The notes under the pieces were generated by a model that worked only from the letters and a program-made list of their open reading frames with translations, did not search any database and was not told the DNA's origin. A program made the translations under genes and the position numbers. Positions 8,827 through 17,704 of a stretch of DNA of 64,000 nt are shown here, in pieces; the stretch's first letter is position 1; each line of letters begins with the position of its first letter. Origin of the DNA: an uncultured virus (IMG/VR IMGVR_UViG_3300028591_000186) (Duplodnaviria > Heunggongvirae > Uroviricota > Caudoviricetes); IMG/VR virus record IMGVR_UViG_3300028591_000186, one strand, 5' to 3'.

Positions 8827-9579
8827 ATGAGGTATATGGGAAGTAAGTTAAGAATTTCGAAGTATATAGTACCGATTATACAAAAAGAAATAGATAATCA
8901 TGATATACATTATTATATAGAGCCGTTTTGCGGCTCTTGTTCTATCATTGATAAGATAAGATGCGATAGGAAGTTTGCATATGATATAAACAGATATCTG
9001 ATTTATCTCTTTATCCATGTTAAATTAGGTGGCGAATTACCCGAAATGATTACTAAAAGAGAATACACTGCATTAAGACGGGCTTGGTACAATGGGAATC
9101 CAGATAAATATCCTGATTGGCTTATAGGTGCCGCTATGTTTTTAGCTTCTTATAACGGTCGTGGTTTTTCAGGTGGATATGCTAGTCCGGGCTATGAAAA
9201 ATTAAAAAATGGGGGAGTTAAATACAGAAACTATTACAAAGAGGCTAAGAACAATCTCTTGGAGCAAGTTAAGCAGCCTTTGTTTCAAGATATCATGTTT
9301 GGAATATCTGATTATAGAAAATTAGACCATTTGGATAACTACATGATATATGTAGATCCACCATATCAGGGAAAAAAACGATATGAGTATTCTAAACGGT
9401 TTGATTATGAATACTTCTGGAGAAAAATGCGTGAGTGGTCACAGAATAACATTGTCCTCATATCTGAGCTTGAAGCACCGGATGATTTTGAGTGTATTTG
9501 GGAGCAGGAAGTTAGTAGAAGTATAAAAGCTACAGATAAATCTAGGGCAGTTGAGCGACTTTTTCGGCTTAGAGATTGA
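8827..9579 (+). CDS. N6-adenine DNA methyltransferase (D12/Dam-like), orphan
   Basis: YMGSK, EPFCGS (SAM-binding) and DPPY catalytic motifs. Confidence 0.9.
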   Translation: MRYMGSKLRISKYIVPIIQKEIDNHDIHYYIEPFCGSCSIIDKIRCDRKFAYDINRYLIYLFIHVKLGGELPEMITKREYTALRRAWYNGNPDKYPDWLIGAAMFLASYNGRGFSGGYASPGYEKLKNGGVKYRNYYKEAKNNLLEQVKQPLFQDIMFGISDYRKLDHLDNYMIYVDPPYQGKKRYEYSKRFDYEYFWRKMREWSQNNIVLISELEAPDDFECIWEQEVSRSIKATDKSRAVERLFRLRD

Positions 9580-9604
9580 CATATTTAAAGATAAAAGATA
9601 CAAT
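9576..9604 (+). promoter_or_regulatory. sigma-A-type promoter overlapping GACATATTTAAAG motif
   Basis: TTGACA-17bp-TACAAT. Confidence 0.7.
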
Positions 9605-9623
9605 TATCACGGAGGAATAATAT

Positions 9624-9860
9624 ATGTATGAAACAAAATTAAGTCTACCAAATCTCAACATGGTATATGCTTTCCATAAAGAGATCAGTAAGATTCCGTG
9701 CGACGTGGATCTCATGAGTGCCAATTATAATTATGTAGTTGATGCAAAATCAATCATGGGAATCTTAAGCATGGACTTGACAAGCCCAGTTATCCTAAAA
9801 GCACATACAGATGATCCTAAAATTGGCAAACGAATTTTGGAGGTAATTGACAGTCTATGA
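9624..9860 (+). CDS. HPr-family phosphocarrier-like protein
   Basis: VDAKSIMGILSM (Ser46 motif); no His15 motif visible. Confidence 0.8.
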   Translation: MYETKLSLPNLNMVYAFHKEISKIPCDVDLMSANYNYVVDAKSIMGILSMDLTSPVILKAHTDDPKIGKRILEVIDSL

Positions 9861-10426
9861 ATATTTCGCGTCATGCACAAACTAGATATGCCGAAAGAAT
9901 TATGACCAAAGACGATGAAGCAGATGTAAATCTCTTCATCTCTAATCATATTCAAAAAATCACTGAAGATATAACAAAGATGATCAAATATGGTGATTTA
10001 TTATATGAGGGACGGTCAATCAAACAAGAATGGAATAAATCTGTAGTTCAAATATATATGCGTGATAATTGGATTGTTGTAGTAGATAAAGATAAACAAA
10101 ATGTTATTACTTTGTTTACTATTGACCTTGGCGTTGGGGAAGAGATGAACCAGCTTTATTTATCGAAGCTTCGGGAACAACTTGACGCTGCAAAAGTAGT
10201 ATGCAAACAAAAGTGTGATGAAATAGAGCTTCAGAAACAGACATATCAAAGTTTGATTGAAAATAATGAAGATGTAATAGCAGAAAATAATAGGATTAAC
10301 AAATCTTTGGAAGAACAAAACGAAATGTATCGTGGATTAATTAAAGCCGAAGAAACTAATAAGGAACTTGCAGAGAAAGAAATTAGAAGGATTGTTGGAG
10401 TATTGACTTCGAAAAGTATATTTTGA
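9857..10426 (+). CDS. hypothetical protein with C-terminal coiled coil
   Basis: 189-aa ORF; ISRHAQTRYAER N-terminus. Confidence 0.75.
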   Translation: MNISRHAQTRYAERIMTKDDEADVNLFISNHIQKITEDITKMIKYGDLLYEGRSIKQEWNKSVVQIYMRDNWIVVVDKDKQNVITLFTIDLGVGEEMNQLYLSKLREQLDAAKVVCKQKCDEIELQKQTYQSLIENNEDVIAENNRINKSLEEQNEMYRGLIKAEETNKELAEKEIRRIVGVLTSKSIF

Positions 10427-10434
10427 GGTAGAAG

Positions 10435-10656
10435 ATGTTTAATAAAAATGATGTTGTGCAGTTCACAGAGAATCACAAATGGTGTGGATGTTTGGGAATT
10501 ATAGAGGAGATCAAAGAATGTAATGAAGATATCAGATACATGATTGGTGTTCCGATTCCTCAGCAGGGAGTGGCGTATATTTTTTCTATGTCTACAGACA
10601 ATGAGTTTGAGTATATTGGTCGAGCGGTAATGGTGACAAACGATGAAGACGATTGA
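10435..10656 (+). CDS. hypothetical protein
   Basis: 73-aa ORF, GAGG RBS. Confidence 0.7.
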   Translation: MFNKNDVVQFTENHKWCGCLGIIEEIKECNEDIRYMIGVPIPQQGVAYIFSMSTDNEFEYIGRAVMVTNDEDD

Positions 10657-11665
10657 GGACATAAAAAACATTATAAATTCTCCAAAATATGATTTCTTAA
10701 GAACTGATAAACATTTGGGAAATCATATTTGTATTTTAGGATTGGGCGGTTCTTATGCCTATGGTATGCAAACAGATACAAGCGATATAGATATTCGTGG
10801 TGTAGCGGTTAATTCCAAGGAGGAGATATTAACTAACAAGAATTTTGAGCAGTTTGTTAACGAAGAAACTGATACCACTATATATTCATTTAATAAAATT
10901 GTTGCTTTATTGAGTAATTGCAACCCCAATACTATTGAAATCCTCGGTCTTAGACCGGAGCATTATTTATATTTGTCCCCTATTGGCGAAATACTTGTAG
11001 CTAATAAAATTCTCTTTTTATCAAAGAAGTGCATAGGTACTTTTGGTGGTTATGCAAACTCGCAGTTACGCAGACTTGAGAGCAAAGCAGCACGAGAAAT
11101 CGGACAGGCACAGAGAGAAGAATATATTCTGAATAGTATTAAGTTTGCTGAGGAAGAATTTAGATCCAGGTATCCAGATGGCAAGTGGGAATTATATATA
11201 GATAATTCGGACAAAGAGGATTATGATACTGAAATTTTTATCAATGTAGAACTGAATCATTGGCCTCTGAGAGACTTCAAAAATCTGTGGAATGAATACC
11301 ATAGTATTGTCAGCGGATATGACAAGATCGGTAAGCGCAATCAACACGCCATGGTTCATGAAAAAATCGGAAAACATATGGCTCATCTGATTCGATTGTA
11401 TTATATGTGCTTTGATATCTTAGAAAAGGGCGAAATTATTACATACAGAGAAGATGAACATGATCTGTTAATGAGCATTAGGAACGGGGAATGGTTAGAT
11501 GAAAATAAGCAGCCAATACCCAAATTTTACAAATTGGTAGACTCACTTGAGAAGAGGTTGCAGTCTGATGCTGAAAAGACAAAACTTCCATCTAAACCAG
11601 ACTATGATGCCATTAATAAGATGCTGATGGAGATTAATGAACGAATAGTACGGGGCGATATATGA
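10643..11665 (+). CDS. predicted nucleotidyltransferase (DNA pol beta superfamily, YcgL/RlaP-like)
   Basis: GGSYAYG...SDIDIRG motif; NPNTIE; HLIRL. Confidence 0.85.
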   Translation: MKTIEDIKNIINSPKYDFLRTDKHLGNHICILGLGGSYAYGMQTDTSDIDIRGVAVNSKEEILTNKNFEQFVNEETDTTIYSFNKIVALLSNCNPNTIEILGLRPEHYLYLSPIGEILVANKILFLSKKCIGTFGGYANSQLRRLESKAAREIGQAQREEYILNSIKFAEEEFRSRYPDGKWELYIDNSDKEDYDTEIFINVELNHWPLRDFKNLWNEYHSIVSGYDKIGKRNQHAMVHEKIGKHMAHLIRLYYMCFDILEKGEIITYREDEHDLLMSIRNGEWLDENKQPIPKFYKLVDSLEKRLQSDAEKTKLPSKPDYDAINKMLMEINERIVRGDI

Positions 11666-12204
11666 TAGCGACTTTATATGATACATTTAAACATTGGAGT
11701 GATGGTGGCAGTGTTTGGTTGTACTCTGATCCTCATTTTGATGATCCTGATTGTAAGTTTATGGATCCTGATTGGCCTAGTGTAAAAGATCAGGTCAAGA
11801 AGATCAACCATGTGGTTAAAAAACTTGATACATTGGTTATCCTTGGAGATATTGGTAATCCGGAACCGGTTAAGTGGTTAGATGGACGCATAAAGGTACT
11901 TATCTTAGGAAATCATGACGAAACAGCTACTAAGTTTAAGCCATATTTTGACGAGATATTTATTGGGCCATTATTCATATCTCAAAAGATTTTATTGTCT
12001 CATGAACCGATAATTTTGCCGTATTGCGTAAATATCCATGGACACGATCATGGTAATTGGTATAAGGATGAGCCGAATCATGTGAATGTGTGTTCTAATG
12101 TTGTAAATTTCGAACCACAGAATTTGAAGGAATTGATTAAATCTGGAATAATGAGCGATATTCCAAATATACATAGATATTTCATTGACAAGGAAAGAGG
12201 GTAG
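11662..12204 (+). CDS. calcineurin-like metallophosphoesterase
   Basis: SDPHF, LGD, GNHD, SHEP, HGHDH motifs. Confidence 0.85.
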   Translation: MIATLYDTFKHWSDGGSVWLYSDPHFDDPDCKFMDPDWPSVKDQVKKINHVVKKLDTLVILGDIGNPEPVKWLDGRIKVLILGNHDETATKFKPYFDEIFIGPLFISQKILLSHEPIILPYCVNIHGHDHGNWYKDEPNHVNVCSNVVNFEPQNLKELIKSGIMSDIPNIHRYFIDKERG

Positions 12205-12208
12205 AGTA

Positions 12209-15200
12209 ATGTTTTCACATTTACATCTTCATACTAAATACAGTTTATTAGATGCCACAATAAAAATTGATGAACTAATGCAGTATATTAAAAAATTGGG
12301 ACAATCGGCTGTAGCTATAACAGATCATGGAAATTTATATGGAGTTGTAGAATTTTATAAAGAAGCAAAAGCCAATGATATTAAGCCAATAATAGGTTGT
12401 GAAGTATATATATGTGATGATGCATCTATATTGAAAAGAGAAAATCGGATGTATCATCTCATTTTATTGTGCAAAAATGAAACAGGAAGACAAAATTTAC
12501 AAGCTCTGGTAAGTGAATCAACAGAATATAAATTTAATAAAAGACCTCGAATAGACTTTAAAATATTGGAAAAATATCATGAAGGTCTTATTTGTATGTC
12601 GGCGTGTATGGTTGGCGAGGTTGCCTTTGCTTTAAGAGAGAATGATTATAATCGGGCAAAAAAGATTGCATTAAAATATAAAAATTTATTTGAAGAAGAT
12701 TATTATATTGAATATCAAGCTCATTCAGATGAAACGCAGCAAATATTGAATAGGCAGTTAATAGAATTAGCTGAAGATCTGAGCATAAAATATGTGGTGA
12801 CTTGTGATTCCCATTATTTGCATGAAGAAGATAAGAAATACCATAGTATTTATGTGCAAATAGGTCAAGCCAGAGAGGTCGGTGAAACATATACAGATTG
12901 TTATGTACAGTCCGAGGAAGAAGTATTAAATAAATGCTTATCAACAAAGGAGTATAATGAACAAGCTTTATTGAATATCCAAGAAATTGTCAATAAATGT
13001 AATGTTGATTATCCTTTATCGGCTCCAATCATTCCTCATGTCCATATACCTTCAGAATATACTTCTGAAGCAGACTATTTAAAAGCCTTATGTAATAATG
13101 GTATGAAGAAAAAAGGTTTTTTAAAATGGGATTTTGATCAATGGAAAAAATATTTAACGGCTGAAATTGTAGATAAAGATGGAAATAAGTCTATATATGA
13201 ATTTGTTCATTTTTCTTCTACTAAGGAAATATTGAAGAAATATAAAGATAGAGCAAAATATGAGATTGAATCTGTTGTAAAAATGGGGTTTGAGGGATAT
13301 TATTTACTTGTACATAGTTATATTTCATCCGCTAGAAAACGAGGAATAGCAAGGGGGTCTGCTGGAGGATCACTGTTAGCTTATTTATCAGGTATAGTAG
13401 ATATTGACCCAATAAAGTACAATCTTTATTTTGAACGTTTTATTGATGTAGGTGCTCTTGATTTGCTCGATAAAGGACAAATAACTAGACAGGAATTAAA
13501 AATTCCAGATGTGGATGCAGATTTCTCTACAGATGATAGAGAAAAGGTAATGCAATTTATTATTTCTAAATATCATGAAGAAAATGTAGTATGTTTGGGG
13601 CAATTTGGTTATTTGTGGGCTAAAGGTGCAATTAAAGATATTGGCAAAGTATTGGGGATTCCATTTGAAACTACCAATGAAATGACTAAAAAGTTGGATA
13701 ACGAATCTATTGATGAAGTATTAGAGATGGGAATACTTGATAAATATAAAGAAGTTTATCCGGAATTATTTGAATACGCACAGCATATTGCAGGATTACC
13801 TAAATCACATGGCACTCATCCTTGCGGCAAAGTAATAACAATGCGTGAAGCAAAATATTATAATGCTGTAGAATATGACGAAAAAAATAATGTTTGGGTA
13901 TTAGAAGGAGATATGCATACAGCTGATGATCTGGGTTTAGTTAAGATAGATTTGCTGGGGTTAAGAACATTAAATGTAATTTATGATGTTTTGGATATGA
14001 TAGGTGAAGATTATGAATATATAGCTCCACATAGAATAAATTTTAACGACCAAGACGTATGGCGTGAGTTTGAAGAAGGAAATACACAAGAAATATTCCA
14101 ATTTGAATCTCCGGGTATGAAACATATGTTAAAGCAAATGTTTTGTAATAGCATAGAGAATTTATCCGCTGCTAATGCTTTATATAGACCTGGATCAAAA
14201 GATTATATACCTAATTATATTGCTCGAAAAATTGGGGAAGAGGAAATAACATATTTACATGATGACTTAAAGCTTATATTACATAATACATACGGAATTA
14301 TAGTATATCAGGAACAGTTAATAGAAATAGGTAGGTTAGCTGGATTAACAAATCCAGATGAATTGAGAAAGGCTACAGCTAAGAAAAAACCTAAATTGAT
14401 GGCAAAAATTGAACCTGAAATGAAACAAGGACTGTTAAAAAGAGGATGGACACAAAAGCAAGTAGACCAGTTATGGGAAGATATTTTAAAATTTGCAAAG
14501 TATTCCTTCAATCGATCACATGCTGCTGCATATGCTATAACAGCATATATTACAATGTATCTTAAAGTTCATCATCCAGCCGAATTTATTACTGCTGTTA
14601 TAAATTCATATGAAGGTAGTACTAAAGACATTTCAGATACAATAATTGAAGCACAAAGGTTGAAAGTTAAATGTGTAATAGATAATATTTATAATATACC
14701 ACCAATAACAATATGTAATAATTATATTGTACATTTAGGGATTAACACATTTAAGGGGGTTGGGTCTAGTGCAGCTGAAGAATTGAACAATTTAAGAGAC
14801 AAAAAACACAAATCATTTATAGATTTGTTATTACAAATTGAACAAACAAGCTTAAACTCTAAACATTTAGATACGTTTATTAAACTTAATCTTTTTAATG
14901 AGTTTGGTGATATTAACAAACTGCTGAAGCAAGTAGAGATATTTAATAAGCTGTACGGCAAGAAGCAACTTAAAAAGGATAAACTTGCAGAATTAGACAT
15001 ACCGGAATATATAGTCGCTCGTCATGCTCAGAAACAGACAGAAAAAATATTCAAGAATTTTGATGCTATAGCGTTAATCGAGGATCTTTGTGAAAATTTA
15101 ACCTACAAAAAGACCTCAGTAGTAGCTCGTGTAGGTTACGAATTCGAATATCTTGGATATAGTACCATAACAGATGAGCGATTTGATGAAGAACATTTTT

Positions 15201-15454
15201 ACGTGGTGGACGTTTTAGGGACTTATAAAAATATGCTTTCATTATATAATCTGCGTGATGGCCATTATGAGCAGATAAAATACTCGAAAAGCAAGTTTAT
15301 CCCGATTCCTGAAAAAGGACAAGTTATTAAAGTATTAGAACGCACTGAGCGTAATAAGAAGAAACTCGATCACATAGATGGAAAAGGTAAGAAATTCTTT
15401 GTCGAATTGCCAGAACGTGAAATAGTTATCTCAAAATTTTCAGTCATAAGTTGA
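12209..15454 (+). CDS. dnaE: DNA polymerase III alpha subunit (family C)
   Basis: PHP domain HLHLHT/TDHG; RGSAGGS; PDVDAD; KIDLLGL; FNRSHA. Confidence 0.95.
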   Translation: MFSHLHLHTKYSLLDATIKIDELMQYIKKLGQSAVAITDHGNLYGVVEFYKEAKANDIKPIIGCEVYICDDASILKRENRMYHLILLCKNETGRQNLQALVSESTEYKFNKRPRIDFKILEKYHEGLICMSACMVGEVAFALRENDYNRAKKIALKYKNLFEEDYYIEYQAHSDETQQILNRQLIELAEDLSIKYVVTCDSHYLHEEDKKYHSIYVQIGQAREVGETYTDCYVQSEEEVLNKCLSTKEYNEQALLNIQEIVNKCNVDYPLSAPIIPHVHIPSEYTSEADYLKALCNNGMKKKGFLKWDFDQWKKYLTAEIVDKDGNKSIYEFVHFSSTKEILKKYKDRAKYEIESVVKMGFEGYYLLVHSYISSARKRGIARGSAGGSLLAYLSGIVDIDPIKYNLYFERFIDVGALDLLDKGQITRQELKIPDVDADFSTDDREKVMQFIISKYHEENVVCLGQFGYLWAKGAIKDIGKVLGIPFETTNEMTKKLDNESIDEVLEMGILDKYKEVYPELFEYAQHIAGLPKSHGTHPCGKVITMREAKYYNAVEYDEKNNVWVLEGDMHTADDLGLVKIDLLGLRTLNVIYDVLDMIGEDYEYIAPHRINFNDQDVWREFEEGNTQEIFQFESPGMKHMLKQMFCNSIENLSAANALYRPGSKDYIPNYIARKIGEEEITYLHDDLKLILHNTYGIIVYQEQLIEIGRLAGLTNPDELRKATAKKKPKLMAKIEPEMKQGLLKRGWTQKQVDQLWEDILKFAKYSFNRSHAAAYAITAYITMYLKVHHPAEFITAVINSYEGSTKDISDTIIEAQRLKVKCVIDNIYNIPPITICNNYIVHLGINTFKGVGSSAAEELNNLRDKKHKSFIDLLLQIEQTSLNSKHLDTFIKLNLFNEFGDINKLLKQVEIFNKLYGKKQLKKDKLAELDIPEYIVARHAQKQTEKIFKNFDAIALIEDLCENLTYKKTSVVARVGYEFEYLGYSTITDERFDEEHFYVVDVLGTYKNMLSLYNLRDGHYEQIKYSKSKFIPIPEKGQVIKVLERTERNKKKLDHIDGKGKKFFVELPEREIVISKFSVIS

Positions 15455-15479
15455 CATATTTAAAGGCAAAGAATATAAT
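15451..15479 (+). promoter_or_regulatory. consensus sigma-A promoter overlapping GACATATTTAAAG motif
   Basis: TTGACA-17bp-TATAAT. Confidence 0.8.
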
Positions 15480-15506
15480 TAAAAGATAATAAGGAGGGTT
15501 TTGTTT

Positions 15507-15920
15507 ATGAAGATTAAACTTGATAAGGGGGCTTTTGAGCCTGTTCGCGCCCATGCCACCGATGCCGGATTGGATTTAAGAACACCGATAGAGTTCACGA
15601 TCCAACCACATGACAGTTACGTGATTGATACAGGGGTACATGTGGAATTTCCGCATGGATGGTATGGAGAGTTGGCAAGCAAGTCCGGCTTAAATGTGAA
15701 ACATAGCGTGGTGAGCTGTGGTGGCATTTTGGATGAGGGATATGTCGGAAGTATAGTTGTCAAGTTATACAATTTAGGTGACGAGGAATATCACTTTAGG
15801 GAAGGTGATAAAATCGTGCAGATGATATTGAAACCATATATCGCACCTAATATAGTCTATGTGAATGAATTGGAAGATACCAAAAGAGGTAACAAGGGTT
15901 TCGGCAGTAGCGGAAGATAG
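15507..15920 (+). CDS. dut: trimeric dUTPase
   Basis: AGLDL, KSGL, GILDEGYVG, RGNKGFGSSG motifs. Confidence 0.93.
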   Translation: MKIKLDKGAFEPVRAHATDAGLDLRTPIEFTIQPHDSYVIDTGVHVEFPHGWYGELASKSGLNVKHSVVSCGGILDEGYVGSIVVKLYNLGDEEYHFREGDKIVQMILKPYIAPNIVYVNELEDTKRGNKGFGSSGR

Positions 15921-15929
15921 GAGAAAATT

Positions 15930-16208
15930 ATGACAGAGTTGTATGAGTCAAAAGATAAAATGGTAAGTCACCCATCACATTATGCACTTATTCCAGAAAA
16001 AGGTGTTGAGGTAATTGATGTAATAAAAGCTGTAACTAAAGATATGAAAGGTATAATTGCTACCGACACAGGGAATATTATTAAATATATTTGTAGATGG
16101 GATAAGAAAAATGGCAAACAGGATATTGAAAAGGTTATATATTACGCAACACATTTGCTTAGAGAATTAGAAATTATTGAAAACGAAAAGGCGATAACTC
16201 ATGTATAG
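15930..16208 (+). CDS. DUF3310-like protein (putative nucleotide kinase)
   Basis: VSHPSHY...GNIIKYICRW.KKNGKQDIEK motif. Confidence 0.8.
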   Translation: MTELYESKDKMVSHPSHYALIPEKGVEVIDVIKAVTKDMKGIIATDTGNIIKYICRWDKKNGKQDIEKVIYYATHLLRELEIIENEKAITHV

Positions 16209-16626
16209 AAAACAAATCTATCTTGCTGGCGGTATTAGCGACATCAGTTGGTCTGAGGCTACTGAGTGGCGGGATAAATTCGCAAATAATATATATGACG
16301 TAACACAAGGATCATGGCATTGCTTTGATCCTTGTGATCACATGAATGAATTTGGTGAAGTGATAAGTGATGCCGAAAGAGTAGATTTCGATCTCGACCA
16401 TTTACGCCATTCAAGACTTATGATAGTTAGTTTTGAACACACGCAAAAATCTACCGGAACACTCATAGAACTTGGTGTTGCATACGAGAACAGGATACCA
16501 ATTATAGGTTATAATCCTAATAATCTGGTTCTTCATCCGTGGATAAGGAAAATTTCCGTACATATATGCACTTCTGAAAACGGATTATATCAGTTTTTAT
16601 GCGATCAATATTTAAACGAGGTATAA
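16201..16626 (+). CDS. nucleoside 2-deoxyribosyltransferase-like protein
   Basis: IYLAGGI, FDP, STGTLIELGVA motifs. Confidence 0.8.
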   Translation: MYRKQIYLAGGISDISWSEATEWRDKFANNIYDVTQGSWHCFDPCDHMNEFGEVISDAERVDFDLDHLRHSRLMIVSFEHTQKSTGTLIELGVAYENRIPIIGYNPNNLVLHPWIRKISVHICTSENGLYQFLCDQYLNEV

Positions 16627-16638
16627 AAAGGTAATTCT

Positions 16639-16887
16639 ATGAATAATAACAGATATGCCAAAATGATTATGTATAAAACCGCTTTAGATTCCGAGTGGAA
16701 AAAGCGGGATCTTGTGAGCTTATATGAATGTAATTACGATAAAACATTATTGGAAGCCAAAACAGCAGGATTCAAAATAATGCGAAATAGTAAAGGCGAC
16801 CATAAACTAGAAGATACTTGTAGTAATCAAAGAACAGCCGAATTTATGGAATTTTTTGCAGAAGCATTGAGAGGTGCCAATCAATGA
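16639..16887 (+). CDS. hypothetical protein
   Basis: 82-aa ORF. Confidence 0.65.
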   Translation: MNNNRYAKMIMYKTALDSEWKKRDLVSLYECNYDKTLLEAKTAGFKIMRNSKGDHKLEDTCSNQRTAEFMEFFAEALRGANQ

Positions 16888-17534
16888 GATTATGGTGGAA
16901 AATAAAAAATATCCTTTGGGAAATAAAAGATCGAATACAAAATTATATATTAGTCAAAAAGTATCCGTGGCTTCATCCAATGACTTGGATTACAAACAAA
17001 AAAGGTGAATATATAGAAAAACGGGATCCAAAATATGATTATTCGTATGTTCCTATATTTAACGATTACCCTGGATGGTGGAAAACTTTTGGTAAAACAT
17101 TTTGCAATGAAATACAAGAAGAGTTTTCAAACTGTCCAGATTTGTATGTAATCGAATATAAGGAAAAATATGGTCGATTAGACATATATATGGGCGGTGC
17201 TAATGACAAAATTGTCAGAATTTGTGACAAGTATACCGTTATTTCACAAGGAGTATGCTGGTTCTGTGGTCGTCCTCATACTCATATGACCAATGTAGGA
17301 TGGATCCTCCCTATCTGTGAAAAATGTTACAAAGAGCATGATTGGTCAGCTCGTCCATATGAAGAAGTTATTTGTGATGAAGATGCTCATATACCGGATT
17401 TATATACGATTCATCACAGTAGAAATGGCAGAGAATGGGATGAATACGTTGATATTAGTAAAACAGTTAGAAAAATAGAGCAAGCATATGATAAGAACAG
17501 AAGATCCCATAAGAGACTACGCTCGCTGGGATGA
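16884..17534 (+). CDS. hypothetical phage protein (KEKYG motif, Zn ribbon)
   Basis: KEKYGRL, CWFCG, CEKC. Confidence 0.75.
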   Translation: MRLWWKIKNILWEIKDRIQNYILVKKYPWLHPMTWITNKKGEYIEKRDPKYDYSYVPIFNDYPGWWKTFGKTFCNEIQEEFSNCPDLYVIEYKEKYGRLDIYMGGANDKIVRICDKYTVISQGVCWFCGRPHTHMTNVGWILPICEKCYKEHDWSARPYEEVICDEDAHIPDLYTIHHSRNGREWDEYVDISKTVRKIEQAYDKNRRSHKRLRSLG

Positions 17535-17676
17535 AGAACAATTTGAGAAAGAACAACAGCTGCCTGTCTGCTGTGAATGTGGTAAAAGAATTTCTGATGA
17601 ATTTTACTATGAAATAGTAGGCCGTGTTCACTGCGAAAACTGCGTAGAGGCGGCTAAAAAATACAATGATTTATAA
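17488..17676 (+). CDS. small Zn-finger protein
   Basis: CCECG...HCENC. Confidence 0.65.
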   Translation: MIRTEDPIRDYARWDEEQFEKEQQLPVCCECGKRISDEFYYEIVGRVHCENCVEAAKKYNDL

Positions 17677-17704
17677 ATGACAAAATTAAAGGAGGACAAC
17701 GTTT

